Program-made: the position numbers and the translations under genes
Notes under the pieces: model-generated
Seen by the model: only the letters and a program-made list of their open reading frames with translations
What the model was told of the DNA's origin: nothing
Database searches by the model: none
Assembly: GCA_951406725.2 (NCBI GenBank)
Contig: OX597818.1
Coordinates: 113,708,001-113,772,000 of the forward strand
DNA length: 64,000 bases
Reading direction: 5' to 3'
Source: Octopus vulgaris
Taxonomy: Eukaryota
Part shown: one piece after another, positions 43,365 to 57,429 of the stretch
How the letters are laid out: the number at the start of each line of letters is the position of its first letter
Position numbering within the stretch: the first letter of the stretch is position 1

Positions 43365-44400
43365 TCTCTGGACAAGAAGACAAGAAAACTACTAACATGT
43401 AAGAACATGCGCCATCCAAAGGTAGATGTTGATCGTCTGTACTTATTCAGTACTTATTCAATACAGAGGACTGGATGCTGCAACTTGTGTGCATACACGA
43501 AAGCAGCAAGAAATCACATTCTATTGTCAATGAAGCTTGCAATTTCGCAAGGCAACTTGGCATTAATCCTGAAATATCTGAAGAACCTGAAACCACTGCG
43601 ACAAAACAAGCAAAATGGATCAAACAGACTTCAAAAAAGAACGGGCAGAAACAAATTCAGGAACGGTGGAGCCAGAAGCCTCTGTATGGACAGTATATAC
43701 TTCGAAGTTAAAATACTGATGTATATCAAGCTACAAACCGTTAGCGGCTGAGAAGCAGAGGCTGAAGGATTCATATTGGCTGGGCAAGATCAAAGTTTGC
43801 TTGCAAAAAACTACCAGTTTAACGCTTTTCAAAACGGTTCTGACCCTAAATGCAGACTCTGCAACACATATGACGAAACAATTGACCATCTCGTCTCGGG
43901 ATATCCTGTGCTGACACCAAACAAATACAAAAATTGCCACAATATGGTCGGACAGTATTTACATCAGAAAATATGTAAACATTACAAAATCATCACTCCT
44001 GCTTACTGGTAGGAACATCATACTGAGTCAGTCGTTGAAGGTAAAATCCTCAGGAATTTTCCAGCCATCATTAACAGAAAGATCCAGGCTAATCGACCAG
44101 ACATAATTATTAAAGACAGGGAAGAAAATACTTCTAGATTGATAGATGTAAGTGTTCCCACAGATAAAAATATATCGATCAAAACGAGAACTATTCCTAT
44201 TATTGTGGGTGGCCTCGGTATGATTAAAAAAAAGGGATTTCAGAAACATCTAGATAAGACCCCAAGAGAACCATGTCTCACAGAAATCCAAAAGATTGCA
44301 CTGACAAGTACTACCCACATCCTTAGAAAAAACCAATCCATTTAAATGTCTCACCATGGCAAATTAACCCACAAGACTTGTCCAAGTGTAGATGGAACAG
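43365..44400 (+). mobile_element. Dong/R4 3' fragment, copy 3
   Basis: CCHC-type finger CRLCNTYDETIDHLVSG, NRPDIII..IDVSVP endonuclease motif, and IQKIALTSTTHILRK. Confidence 0.85.
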
Positions 44401-45015
44401 GAGGAAAAGTCAGAAATACCTCAGAGTTCGGGGTTAAAAGCAGAAACAAGATTTGATTTCAGCAGAGAATGATTAACATATAAAGCGTGAAGGGCTACGA
44501 TCGTGGCCGTCAGGCACAGATCGGCAGGCCACGATCGTGGGCCAGATAGATGCATTTAATTTATGGGCGTTTGTTGGGGTCTAATGTCACTCAAACGCTC
44601 CGATACCCCCCAGAATGCAATAGGACTAATAGTTCAACTAATGACTTTTCAGTTGATGTAAAACTTACCACCATTATATTCTAAGAAGATATTTTAACTA
44701 TTTTTTGTTTTTTATGTGTGCATGGTAGTCTCATTTTCATAAAATGTGCTCAGCAGTCCATGCTATGTAAGTGCAAATCCTTGATACAAATAATTAGAAA
44801 AATATTATAATGATTTCTAGAATTTTATTGTTTTCTTTCTTTTTTAAAAGTAAAGAATACAAAAATATATTATGAAAAAAAAGGTGCGCATGGCTGTGAA
44901 AAAAAAAAGGGTACGCATGTGCATGGCTGTGGTTTCGGATTTAGTCCTGCTGCACGGCTTCATGGGCTTATGTTTGTGAGTGGATTTCGTAGACGGAAAC
45001 TGAAAGAAGTCCATC

Positions 45016-45221
45016 TGTGACCACGTGTGTACCGTTGGCGATTTTTTCCTCCGTTTTCCCTTCTTTGGATCTTTCCTTTTTCTATGTTTCTGACGAAGGG
45101 CTCCGCTCAAAACGCTAAATCCTCCTCCTTTTTTCCCTTTCCTGAGCGTCCAATAACACTATACTTGTTCCACGTCCTCGCATTGTCGTGTTTTCTCTTT
45201 GTGTTTTCATGTTTGGATTAA

Positions 45222-45225
<4 letters not shown>
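45016..45225 (+). mobile_element. About 200-bp hammerhead-containing dispersed element (decayed core)
   Basis: gttt-CTGACGA-agggctccgctc-AAAACGCT; aligns end to end with 4321-4520. Confidence 0.7.
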
Positions 45226-45253
<28 letters not shown>

Positions 45254-45316
45254 ATGTATACAGCTTTGTCTGATTTTCCTGTTTTATTTACAATCTTATA
45301 CTATACTATAATATAA

Positions 45317-45650
45317 TCTATATATATAAAACTCTAGTTGTGTGAGTGTCTGTCCCCTTCGATTTAGATTCCTAACTCCTCCCACATTTGCGGTGCAGTT
45401 TAACCAAATTCGGGTATCTTATAGTCGTGATTCATATCGAGCCCGTCTGACTATTAGCGCGCGTCAACGATGAGTCTACGATTTTAAAAATAATTTAACA
45501 TCATTTTTTATTCCATTTTAATGCATAAAATGCATCGTATGTCGATGGCGGCGGAGTTGGCGTCCACGCTCACAGCTGCACCTGTTTGCTTCTCCCCCTT
45601 CCCTCCCTCGTGAAGCTGTGGGGAAGGGAGTGTAAAGAAATCAACGTCGT
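45317..45650 (+). mobile_element. Helitron 5' portion (same family as 29661)
   Basis: Shares gatttagattcctaact...gtcgtgattcatatcgagccc...gatgagtctacgatttt with 29661-29860. Confidence 0.75.
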
Positions 45651-45653
45651 AAT

Positions 45654-45919
45654 GTGTGAATTTTCTAGGACATTTTATAAAGAGAAAGGTACTCTTACAG
45701 ATGTTTCAAGGATATAAAAGATATCCCACCATCAGAGACGATTTCCCTTTATACTTCCTATATATCTCTCTCTTTCCAAAATAACTTCTTACATTGAACT
45801 CTACTATTTACTTCTAGTTAACTGTCTCATATCATCTCTGATGCTGGGATATCTTTTATATCCCTGAAACAGCTGTCTGACTACCTTTCTCCTTATAAAA
45901 TGTCCTAGAAATTTCGCAC
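45654..45919. mobile_element. Inverted pair of hammerhead-like pLTR fragments
   Basis: 45654-45738 is the reverse complement of 45835-45919. The plus copy reads CTGATGC-tgggatat...atatccct-GAAA-CAGCTG-TC. Confidence 0.6.
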
Positions 45920-45947
45920 TGCCTTGGCCTTGTCGTCACATTTTATT

Positions 45948-45995
<48 letters not shown>

Positions 45996-46939
45996 ATATA
46001 TGTCTATATTTACATACATGTATATATGTGTGTGTATGTATATATGTGTGTATATGTATGTACATTTACGTGTATGTGTGTGTGCATGTAAGTGGTGTAA
46101 CTGATTGGTTAATTACATATACCAATTTAATAATTTGCATAATTTCTTTTGCATAAAATCTATGGTGAATTGCATCATAACAATGATTTTCCTAATTTAT
46201 AAGTAAAGTGATTCTGGAAGCATATGCTTTCATTGCGAATTAAAATGTCAATAGTCATTACTTGAAATTCGGATGAAAGAGGAAGAGTTAATGTCACGGC
46301 CCTTGTTTCAATTAATTCTTTCACCACTCTTCATAGACACGATAAAATAAGTACTTCGGCTTACAAATTTACGAGCAACAAAATATTAAAAGACTCAAAT
46401 GCATTCAAGTTATTCGTAGCATTTTCCAACGAATTAAAAACTATTGAAGTTAAAATAGCGATGTAATTTCATCTTATTTTTAATTATATAATAAATCTCT
46501 TCAATCAATAGTCTTAGATTTTAGTCAAGCGCAGAACGGACGGTGTTTTGTTATTTTCATTACGAAGTACATTAGACGGTGATTGGCCCAATTAAATAGT
46601 TCTTAGTTAATATAATCCCATTAAATTGTTCTTAACCTACATGACCCCAGTTGCTATCATTGAGTAAATGAAAGTGTGTGAAAGTCATAGTCGGGGCGTA
46701 TGAATATAGTTATGCTCGGGTAATGGAAGAATATTGTATCTTTTACTTGGACTGTGGCCACGCTGGAGCACAGCCTTGAAAAGCCGAGGTGTAAAAATCG
46801 ACCCAGCACTTTTTTCTTTTGGATTTGGTACTTTCTATCAGTCAATCTTTACCGAACCCCTGAGCTACGAGGACGTAAACAAACCAACACCAGTTTCAAG
46901 CGGTAGTAAGGGACAAATACAAACACAAACACGCGCGCA

Positions 46940-46993
<54 letters not shown>

Positions 46994-47691
46994 TTTGTAG
47001 CGTAATACATTGATTCATAGAATACTGTGACTATCACAGCTTTCCTTATCTGCATTGATTTGTATGCATATTAATACAGACATGTAAATACAATTTCTTC
47101 CACACTGAAATTATTGGTAGATGATGACGGTTGCGAAACGGCCATCATCCTAAAAATGACAAATGGTTAATTAAATATATTTACCTCTCATACCTCCTGA
47201 TTTTTCATGGTTTGTATATATATATGTATATACGACGGGCTCCTTTTAGTTCCCGTCCATTAAATTCACTCACAAGACTTTGGTTTGGAAGGGACAAGTC
47301 AAAAGATAAAAATGTCGACATATATCAAGAAAAATAGCCTTGGATTGGGTGAAATATCACTAAATTATCTGGACATAAGAATGTTCTATTTTAAAATTTA
47401 TTGTATAATATCTACATGTATAACATAGACACAATGCCATATGAAACGTAGGTACAATATCTTACTATTTGCCATAAACAGATACAGATACCACGACAAA
47501 GCTTCTATGTGGTCGCTCGATCTAAAAATGATGATACTCAAATCGAAGACGAAAAGCACTCAACACATTTAGTGGGAGTTACATATATTATTATTTAAAA
47601 CAGTTTAATTCGACCCCATGCAACCTAAAGTTTCGCAGGCTCCTAACAGTAACCCGCTGAGATTACCTATTTCGGAATATACATACATATA

Positions 47692-47730
<39 letters not shown>

Positions 47731-47764
47731 GTAAATGAAGGACGGAAGATGGAAGATACGAGAA

Positions 47765-47875
47765 TTATTAATCACAATTGTTTCGACACATCTAGCATCG
47801 ATTCCTCACGGTGGGATACTTAACAATTGGTTCTGGAGCATCCGGTGGTACAGATGTGTCTCTTCGGGTAATAGA
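47765..47875 (-). ncRNA. Degenerate hammerhead motif with a long stem II
   Basis: Minus strand: CCGAAGA-gacacatct...agatgtgtc-GAAA-CAATTG-TG. Palindromic stem III; G at the cleavage position and a weak stem I. Confidence 0.6.
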
Positions 47876-48552
47876 TAGATATAAATCGTTAAAATAACAG
47901 ATCCGCAGTGTATCTTCTCATCTCGTGTAAAGAAAAGCAGCAAAACAAAGGATATATCTTCATTTACATAGAAGATCAAAAATAAAGTAACAGATGCAAA
48001 AAAGAAACCAACACGCAAATCACACTCATGGATTTTCCAGTACTGTTTATCTGGTTTTATCTTTCCAAGATAGAGTGTTCAATAGGATCCAACTCAAGGT
48101 AGCATAATATGGAAGACAAGTTTTTTTCTCATGAAATGTGTCCTCACCCCACTCCACGACCCTGATGGATTCAAAAGAACAGAATATACATACATACATA
48201 CTTACATACATACCTGCATTCAAATATGCATACATACAAACATGACTACATATATATATGTGGAGGCGCAATGGCCCAGTGGTTAGAGCAGCGGGCTCGC
48301 GGTCGTAGGATCGGGGTTTCGATTCCTAGACCGGGCGTTGTGAGTGTTTATTGAGTGAAAACACCTATAGCTCCATGAAGCTCCGGCAGGGGATGGTGGC
48401 GATCCCTGCTGTACTCTTTCGCCGCAACTTTCTCTCAGTCTTTCTTCTGTTGGCCTGCTCGCTTAGCCAGCGGGGTGGCGTCATTTGAAGGCATTGTGAC
48501 CAGCGATGTGTAGCAACATCTGATAGCCTGGTCGGTTACGTGATTATATATA

Positions 48553-48614
<62 letters not shown>

Positions 48615-49162
48615 TACATAGACACACACACACAGACATACACACATACATATATATATATATATATAGGTAAGGGCGCCTGGCTTAATGGTTTGGATGT
48701 TGCACTCACGATCTAGCGATCGTGATTTCAATTCATAAACCGGTTGGTGCGTTGTGTTCTTGAGTAAAACACTTCATCTCACGTTGCCTGACTCCGATAC
48801 CAGACGCATGGTATACCGTGTACCCGTTCAGGCAACGTCGATTTGATGGAAAGAGTGCGCGTTTTGTGCGCATTTTGTACAGGTTGTTCGGCAAAAGCTG
48901 AACACTCGTATGTTATCTTCGACCGGAGAGTCCATCATATATACATATATCTATATATATCTTTTACTTGTTTCAGTCATTATACAGCAACCATGCTGGA
49001 GCACCGGTTTGAAGAATTTTAGCAGAACGAATCCATCCCGCTACTTACTTTTTAAAGCAAGATACTTATTCTAAGGGTATCTTTTGCCGAACTGTCAAGG
49101 GGACGCAAACATCAACACCAGTTGACAAGCGGTCATGGGGGACAAATAGAGGTACAAAGATA

Positions 49163-49194
<32 letters not shown>

Positions 49195-49510
49195 AGTACA
49201 AACATACATACATGCATACATACATACATACACACATATAGTCGTACATGCATACAAACATACATACATACATACATACATACGTACAAACAAACACATA
49301 ACCACATGTATATAACTATATACATATATACAATTTTGTAAATTGAACAGACCATGTGTTCAGAGATTGATGGTTGCTTGTAGACACAAGACGTGTCATA
49401 AAAAAACCTGCCTAGACCAGCGTCTCCAAAGCAAGACATTATTTGTAGCTTGAATCTTTATCTCACTAGAAGGAGTACCTTTATTTTTGATATTACCTTA
49501 ATGGAACAGT

Positions 49511-49552
<42 letters not shown>

Positions 49553-50098
49553 GCATGAATGCACGTGTACACACACACACGCACGCACACATACACACAT
49601 ACGCACACGCACGCACACGCACACACACGCGCACACACATACATGCATGCATTTACACTCACAAAGAGATTCTGGAAGAGAGTCATTTTTAGAATTACTT
49701 TCAACAGGATATCAGTGCCAGTAGTCGTTAAATTGAAGTAGAACTTCGACGACCTTGTCGTCGATGTAGGACAAAGGACTTAGACATGTAATAATATTAC
49801 ATATTATTACCGTATATTAATAATATAATAACGAACGCAGCAGTGTCTAGGGGTATAAATGACTGATGTCACACTAAATACAGTGTAATTTGTTATAATT
49901 TTAACACTTGATCTCAGAGCAGTTTGCTTGTTAAACAACCAAGTGCAACTTTGGTTCATTGTGTATGAGTGTGTGAGAGCGTGTATGTGTTTGTTTGTGT
50001 GTATCTTTGCTCATGTGTATGTTTCTAAACATATATATGTGTGTGTCTATGCATGTATACATGTGTATATGCGTAGAGGTGCTGTGTGTATAACTATG

Positions 50099-50148
<50 letters not shown>

Positions 50149-50211
50149 TATATAGGAAAATTGAATAAGGAGACGAACTCTCGGGATGTTGTTAGACTAT
50201 TTATATTTTGA

Positions 50212-50298
50212 ATTCTTCTACATATGTTTCGACGGATGCACTCCAAAATGTCCGACAGGATAAATTATGGTCAGCAATGTATCAATCTTATCAGGAAT
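50212..50298 (-). ncRNA. Degenerate hammerhead motif
   Basis: Minus strand: ttc-CTGATAA-gattgatacatt...agtgcatccgtc-GAAA-CATATG-TA-gaa; next to (TA)n. Confidence 0.55.
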
Positions 50299-50879
50299 GA
50301 TATAAATAACACACTCATCAAACAGACATGTTAACAGAAATAGAAAGTCCTATACACACACTCGCACACACGCACGCAAACACACACACTTACACACAAA
50401 CATATACAACTTAACATGGACCATTGAGAATGAATGTCCAACATCAACCTGGAGGATAAATATTCTTTATTTGCGGGTTAACCAGGCTTCATGTTAAGAG
50501 AGGTATATCTCTCAACAACTTTCAAGCCTATGGCACAGGACGCTGGTGTTTGTCTTAGAGGGTCTGCTAGTTAGGAAACATATGCAGCTTGGATTTACCT
50601 GTTCTACTCCTTCTAAATTTTAATTCGCATTCATAACGACTCTGGTTGGTAACTGTGACATATATACAAATTTTTTCAGCATATCAAACTTCAACATAGG
50701 AAAAGTCTATAAATTATTATTGTTTCTGAACTTTATTTGTTTTTTTAACTAGCACGGACTACTCGAACTTTATAAACTTCCTCCACTTAGAAACTTGCAT
50801 TTTACAACTGCATATCGATATATATATGTATGTACGTGTTTGTGTGTGTATAATAATATATATACATATATATATAAAG

Positions 50880-51012
<133 letters not shown>

Positions 51013-51843
51013 AATATATATATATATTTAATTTTATTTGTTAGGGAATAAAAACTCCGGCATCACAAGGGTTCAAAATATTCTCAACGAGGAAATCTAT
51101 ATTTTTTCATAAGTAGGGCCCTTCATCCCACCATATATGGTGGGATGAAGGGGCCTACTATCTCTAAATGAATATATATATATAAGAGGTGTGTTGTGTA
51201 AGACCGAAACAATGCGAGAAGGTACTAAGTAAATTACATATGGAAAAGGAAAACAAAACAAAACTTAGATTACAGTTTTACTTTGTATTTCTATATTTCG
51301 GGGTTATGACCTCTTCTTCAGGGTATTTGGAAAAAGCGGTGGAACGAAAAGTCATTGCTCAGATATGGGGGGGGGGAGAAGGGGTTAGATGGGGCAAGTT
51401 GCCGAACCGCTTGGTTACGGGGACGTAAACACATCAACATCGGTTGTCAGGCGATGGGGAGGGGCAATCACAGACACACAAACATATACACACATATATA
51501 TAATATAAATTGGACATGGGCGATCGTTGTATTCTTTTTTGTCTTGAAAAATGGCACACATGTGGGGACGGGTGCATAGATTGGAATGCAGTTTGTATTT
51601 TTTAGTTAGCCCCCATACTTACCGAGAAAATCGATTAAAACTTTTTCTAATGGAATTCCCTTCTTTCTTCTGCCATTAAAACAACCAGTTGCTTAGAAGC
51701 TGTTTCCTGATGGGGTGGGGTCAGGAAATTTTCATACAGCTGGAGGCTCTAATCAAAACAAGGGACCCAAAATTATAAGGTTGAGAAACGGTGTTATAGA
51801 TTATGCCTAACCGAAAACGATCACAGCCACATCATCCAAACAG

Positions 51844-51871
51844 ACCGGGTGAAACCGGGATTAGCTGCTAG
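51844..51871 (+). mobile_element. Helitron 3' terminus
   Basis: ccgggtgaaaccggg hairpin followed by gctgCTAG|T. Confidence 0.5.
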
Positions 51872-51900
51872 TATATATATAAATATAATATATATATAAG

Positions 51901-51933
<33 letters not shown>

Positions 51934-51934
<1 letters not shown>

Positions 51935-52254
51935 CTAGCACTCCATTGGTTTCGAGAACGAGGGTTCCAGTTAATCTGATCAACAGGACAGCCTGTTTGT
52001 GAAATTAACGTGCAAGTGGGTGAGCACTTCCACAGACACGTTTACCCTTAACGTAGTTCTCAGGGTGATTCAGCGCGACACAGAATGTGACAAGGCTGGC
52101 CCTTTGAAATACATGTACTACTCATTTTTGCCTGCTGAGTGGACTAGAGCAACGTGAAATAAAGTGTCTTACTCAAGGACACAATGTGTCGCCGAGAATT
52201 GAATCCACGACCTTGAGATTTTGAGCCGAATACCCAACCACTAAGACACATGCC

Positions 52255-52258
<4 letters not shown>
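51934..52258 (-). mobile_element. tRNA-derived SINE, family D (related copy at 48672-48936+)
   Basis: tRNA-like head followed by ttgtgtccttgagtaagacactttatttcacgttgc; inserted in (TA)n. Confidence 0.7.
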
Positions 52259-52305
<47 letters not shown>

Positions 52306-52526
52306 GGGAAAAATAAAAAGAAACAAAGTAAATGAAGACTATGTATAAAAGTAATGTTTTTTTTTATATATAAAAACAAAGATATATACATACAAATAAA
52401 TGATTTGAGGTGAAATTTAGAAATATAATAATCATCTTCGGAAACAGTAGACAGAGGAAACTCCAAGAGAAAAGGAAGACAGGAAAACAGTCCACATGTG
52501 GTTACATTTTGGAATATATATACATA

Positions 52527-52611
<85 letters not shown>

Positions 52612-52671
52612 ATGTATATGTACACATATACAGATAGAGTTAGAGCTATCTAGACATATGTATTTTTTCTT

Positions 52672-52787
<116 letters not shown>

Positions 52788-52917
52788 CAGATAGATATAC
52801 ATATGGGCTTGATAACAGCTATACACAAAACTCTCAGGCCTTGAGTCACTTCGTAACCTCTGGTGTTTAAAATCAAATATCAAAATAATAATAATTATAT
52901 GTTTAACTGAAGGTAAC

Positions 52918-53021
<104 letters not shown>

Positions 53022-53048
53022 ATAAATAGATAGATAGATAGATTGATG

Positions 53049-53092
<44 letters not shown>

Positions 53093-54814
53093 CATACATA
53101 CATACATAATAACATACATACATACATACATATCGTAATGTATATATGCGTGTATGTGAGTGTGTGTGTGTGAGAGAGAGTGTGTGTGTGTCTGGGTGTG
53201 TATGGGTGTGTACGTGCATGTGTATAAGCATGTGTACATGTGTGTACATATGTATATGTTTCCATATTCTAATTTAAATTATGCATGACCCATTTGCAGA
53301 TGCTGCTTATTTGCCGGTGCATTTCATGAAGAACAAGTGGTGTCGATTAGTTGATCTCAAGTAAAGGCAGCAGGAAGTTCAGTAAAAGATCGTCTCAAGC
53401 CGTTAAGGTCAGCAGTAATGAAGCTAATTGACTCGAGGTAACCATTGAAATAAAATTTAAACCAAACATGCCAATAGCTGGAAAAGCGCTTTAATGCAAA
53501 CATGTGTGTTTATATTTAATTGTGTATTGGATGAAACACCTTGATGATCCCAATAAACGTATTTGCCATAATGGCGGGACAGGGAAGAAACTGCTATTAT
53601 TTTGCTTCTCTCACAATATAAATACAATTTGAACATTTGTTGAGGTCATAGATGCGAGGAAGATACATCTAGCTAAGGTGTCTGATATACTGAGTGTAGC
53701 GGCAGTCATTTGTAGCCTGTGACTCACATTATCTTGCTGGTATTGTTTAGCCCCAAGTCGACTCTGATTGAGCAGTTCTATGACCAAAAGCATTCTAGCT
53801 GTAGCCATTCCAGTTAATTTATTTTTGTATGTATGAAACTATATCAATATGAGTCTTTCTTTTTGATGATAACATATAATTTGAAGGAAATTTGGCTGCT
53901 ATTCTCCTTTGTTTTGGCTTGATTACCAGTACTGTGAATTTATATAGATATCATAAAGATATCGCTTGATATAGATCATAAAGTATAATTATCGAATGTT
54001 CCATTGCCTTATAGTCTTGAGCACATTTTGATATTGTTTAGCCTAAGGTCTGCTCTACAATCAATGTTATTCCAATTTTGAATCCTTCTTTTTATCTAGG
54101 CACAGTACCCTAAGGAGCACATCTAATATGTTCCTATGCTCTTAGACAGTGAGATGTACTTTGAGGAAGATTTTGACTGTTATGTTTAGCATGTTAAGGA
54201 ATTGTGTCGATACTCTCTCATTAACTCAAGGACCTTATATGTTTGGTATGTGTATAGTACTGTGATACATCCTGGCCTCGAAATATTTTAATTACGTCAA
54301 AATCAGCAGAATTTCAATCAACATTAGAGAAAATAGACACAACGAGGTTACTGGACATGCTCAAAATAACAGTCATTTGTTGCTCATATCACAAATCACA
54401 CCCACCACCACTGTTTTATAGAAAGAATACATTGAACTTAATATGCATAAAAAAGTGTGATAGTCAAAGCTGGAACGCCTTGGATCATAGATCTTGTAGA
54501 TGAGGGCTGAGCAGAAACTAAACAACAACAGTATTTAGTAACCTTCTACATTTTGAAAGACAGGGTAGCATTCAACTTCTGTTTTCTGACAATAAGCTGA
54601 AGATAAATCTAATTCTAATGCGAACATGAATTAATCCAGATTAAGACATGACTTGCAGATTGACTTGGCACTTATTGCTGGACAGAATCATAAATTAGAT
54701 AGCTTATGCAGGATCTCTTCCAGTGACTGAGACTCGTTTCTACTCGAATCCTTGTCAATGCTCATGTCCTTGTAATACATGGCAATAAAAAAGCTGCTTG
54801 TATTATTATTACTA

Positions 54815-56002
54815 TTAGGTTGTTTCACATGAAATGTCGTATTTGAAAGGTAACAATAACATGTTTCAGAAGTGTTAGAGAACTGAGTTATTTAATCAAA
54901 GTATGGTCCATGTTCATCTATGACGTTTACCCAACGTTTCTCTATGTCATCATTTTCTCTTTAAAAAAAAATTCATCTTTTGCTGTAATAAACTGTTCGA
55001 ATGCTTCAGTAAGTGATGATCAGTCAGAGAGATAACAGGAGTATAGGGAGGACGTTGCAAAATCTCATAATTCAGGCTTTGCAACTTTTGTACCGTAGCC
55101 TGAGGAGTGTGAGGACGTGCATTGTCGTGGAGCAAAATTGGACCATCTCTATTCATTATGGGTTGCTTCTTTTTCAAATTCTCTTGCATACAATCAATTT
55201 CCTGGCAATACAATGTTACTGTTACCGTTTTTCTTTGTTGCAAAAATGAATAATGAATAACTCCCTTCGCAGACCACCATAGAGTGACCACTAACTTTTA
55301 GGGTACAATGGTGGGTTTGGGTAGTGTTTAGGTGACTCTCCTGCATCTAATCACTGTCTTGCTCTCCTGCTGTTGTTAAAGCGTATCCATGTCTCTTCAC
55401 TAGTAATGATTTGATGCAAAAATGGTCTTTTTCCAGTCGAGAAAGCAATAAGGAGCACACTTTGAGGCGTCTGTATTTTTGAATCCCGTTCAGTTGATGT
55501 GGAACAAACCTTTCAGTTTTCTTGACTTTTCTAATTTTTTACAGGTGTCCAAAAACAATTGTGCGAGATGTTTGGAGTTCTGATGAAAGTTTTCGAACCT
55601 TTGTTCTCGGATTTTGTTCAACTAAAGCATTTAATCCATCATGCCAAATAACTGATTTTGGCCTAACCCTTCGTTTATTTTCAAGGCTATCATCTCCTAA
55701 ACGAGAGCTTTGGAACCATCTCTGAACAGTTCTGATGTCAACAAAACCATTACCAAAGGCCCGCTTGATATACTGTAGAGCTTCAGCGGCAGAATGATCC
55801 AGTTAGTACTCATACGATAAAATCACTCAACATAGTTTGGTTGTTATCATTTTCATAAGGTCTGTGGGTAAGAATTTTGTATACTAATATTGTTGGGAAA
55901 GAAAAAGAGTCAAGATTATATGCAAGGTATACATAATTGAGTTTTTAAATGACTGAAATAAGAAGTAATTAAAAATGCGACATTTCATGTGAAACAACTT
56001 AA
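54815..56002 (-). mobile_element. Full-length inactive mariner transposon (Hsmar1/cecropia-like)
   Basis: TIRs ttaggttgtttcacatgaaatgtcgtattt / aaatgcgacatttcatgtgaaacaacttaa with TA on both flanks. Disrupted transposase: RTVQRWF, FVPHQL (cf. WVPHEL), ILLHDNARPH, PPYTPVISLTD (cf. YSPDLAPSD). Confidence 0.92.
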
Positions 56003-56725
56003 TATTTTGTCTATTTGTAAGTAAAGACTTTTATTATATAAATTGTCAGTTCTTTTTCTGAAGCACTAGAGAGTGATTTGATAAGTGTATTGCAGCTGCT
56101 GTTTTTTCCTGTCAATCGACCGCACATATATTCACACGATGGCTTGTTATCAAAATAGTAACTGAAAGCTAAGTGGAAAAAAAAGTTTGGGGCAGTAACA
56201 CAACGACAAGTGAATGTATTTTGACTCGCAATCTAAGAACAGATAGTCCATTACGCAATCTTCGAAGTCAGTTCGGGTCATTTGCAAACAGTCACCAGCT
56301 GCACAAGCAAAAGCTTGTATTTCACCAAGAGAAGGTAAATAGAGTATGTTAGAATTAAGCTAGCAGTGTTGATTAAAAAGATTTTAAACACCGACTATTT
56401 ATTAAAAAACGGCGGGAGATTACAGTGAGTGCACGTGTTTCTCCAAAATGCATCCTGCGCTACATAAACACAAGGGGTATCATTTCTGCCAGAAATTCAG
56501 TGTATTGCGTGGGTCACGTAATGTGTTAGTGACCTAAGGCAATTTTCTGTAGCCTGAGATGAGAAATTCTATCCTATTTATATTCCCCAGACATATATTG
56601 CCGCAGGAGAATTTACACATGCAATCAAGTTGTCACATTTACATGTTATGTCTGTATATGTGTGTGTGTGTGCACGCGTGCATGTGTGTATGTATGTGTG
56701 TGTGTGTGTTTCAATATATATGTAG

Positions 56726-56757
<32 letters not shown>

Positions 56758-57198
56758 TATATATACATATATATATATATGTACATACTACATATTTATA
56801 TCTGTATACTTACATATATCCTACACTAAAATATCCTTCACTTTATTCTTGTCATTCAGTTCTGTATAGTACATCAGTCTGTCACTGAACAGTTCAGAGT
56901 AGCTTATCAGGTCTTCTGACCTCTCCGTCAACTCTTGTCCGATTTTGAACAAAGGGACTCCGTGAGTAGTCTCCTGTGACTTTCCTCATGTTGCTATGTA
57001 GCCGGTTCCGATAGAGAGATAAGAATATATCTATTACTTGACGGGTCCTTTATTTATCGACCCCAGAAAGATTAAATAGGTAAGTTGACCTCTTCAGGAT
57101 TTGAACTCACATATACAAACACACACACATGCGCACATGTTACATATTGCATGTGTGTAAGGGTAAAATATTATTTATATATGCAGGTATGTGTGTAT

Positions 57199-57252
<54 letters not shown>

Positions 57253-57429
57253 TAGATAGAGAGATAGAGAGAGAGAGTGAGTGAGAGAGAGAGAGTGAGA
57301 GAGAGTGAGAGAGAGTGAGAGAGAGAGTAAGGTTTTCGAAAACCAAGGCAGGTACCCCATTCACTACTCTGTGCAAAATCTTGGTTAGCACCATAATTTT
57401 AAGAATTAGAATTTGCATTCATTTAATCT

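Noticed and set aside
54950-55291. Possible functional transposase or SETMAR-like host gene
   Set aside because: The upstream transposase frame has several stops and frameshifts and lies within TIRs, so it is a dead mariner.
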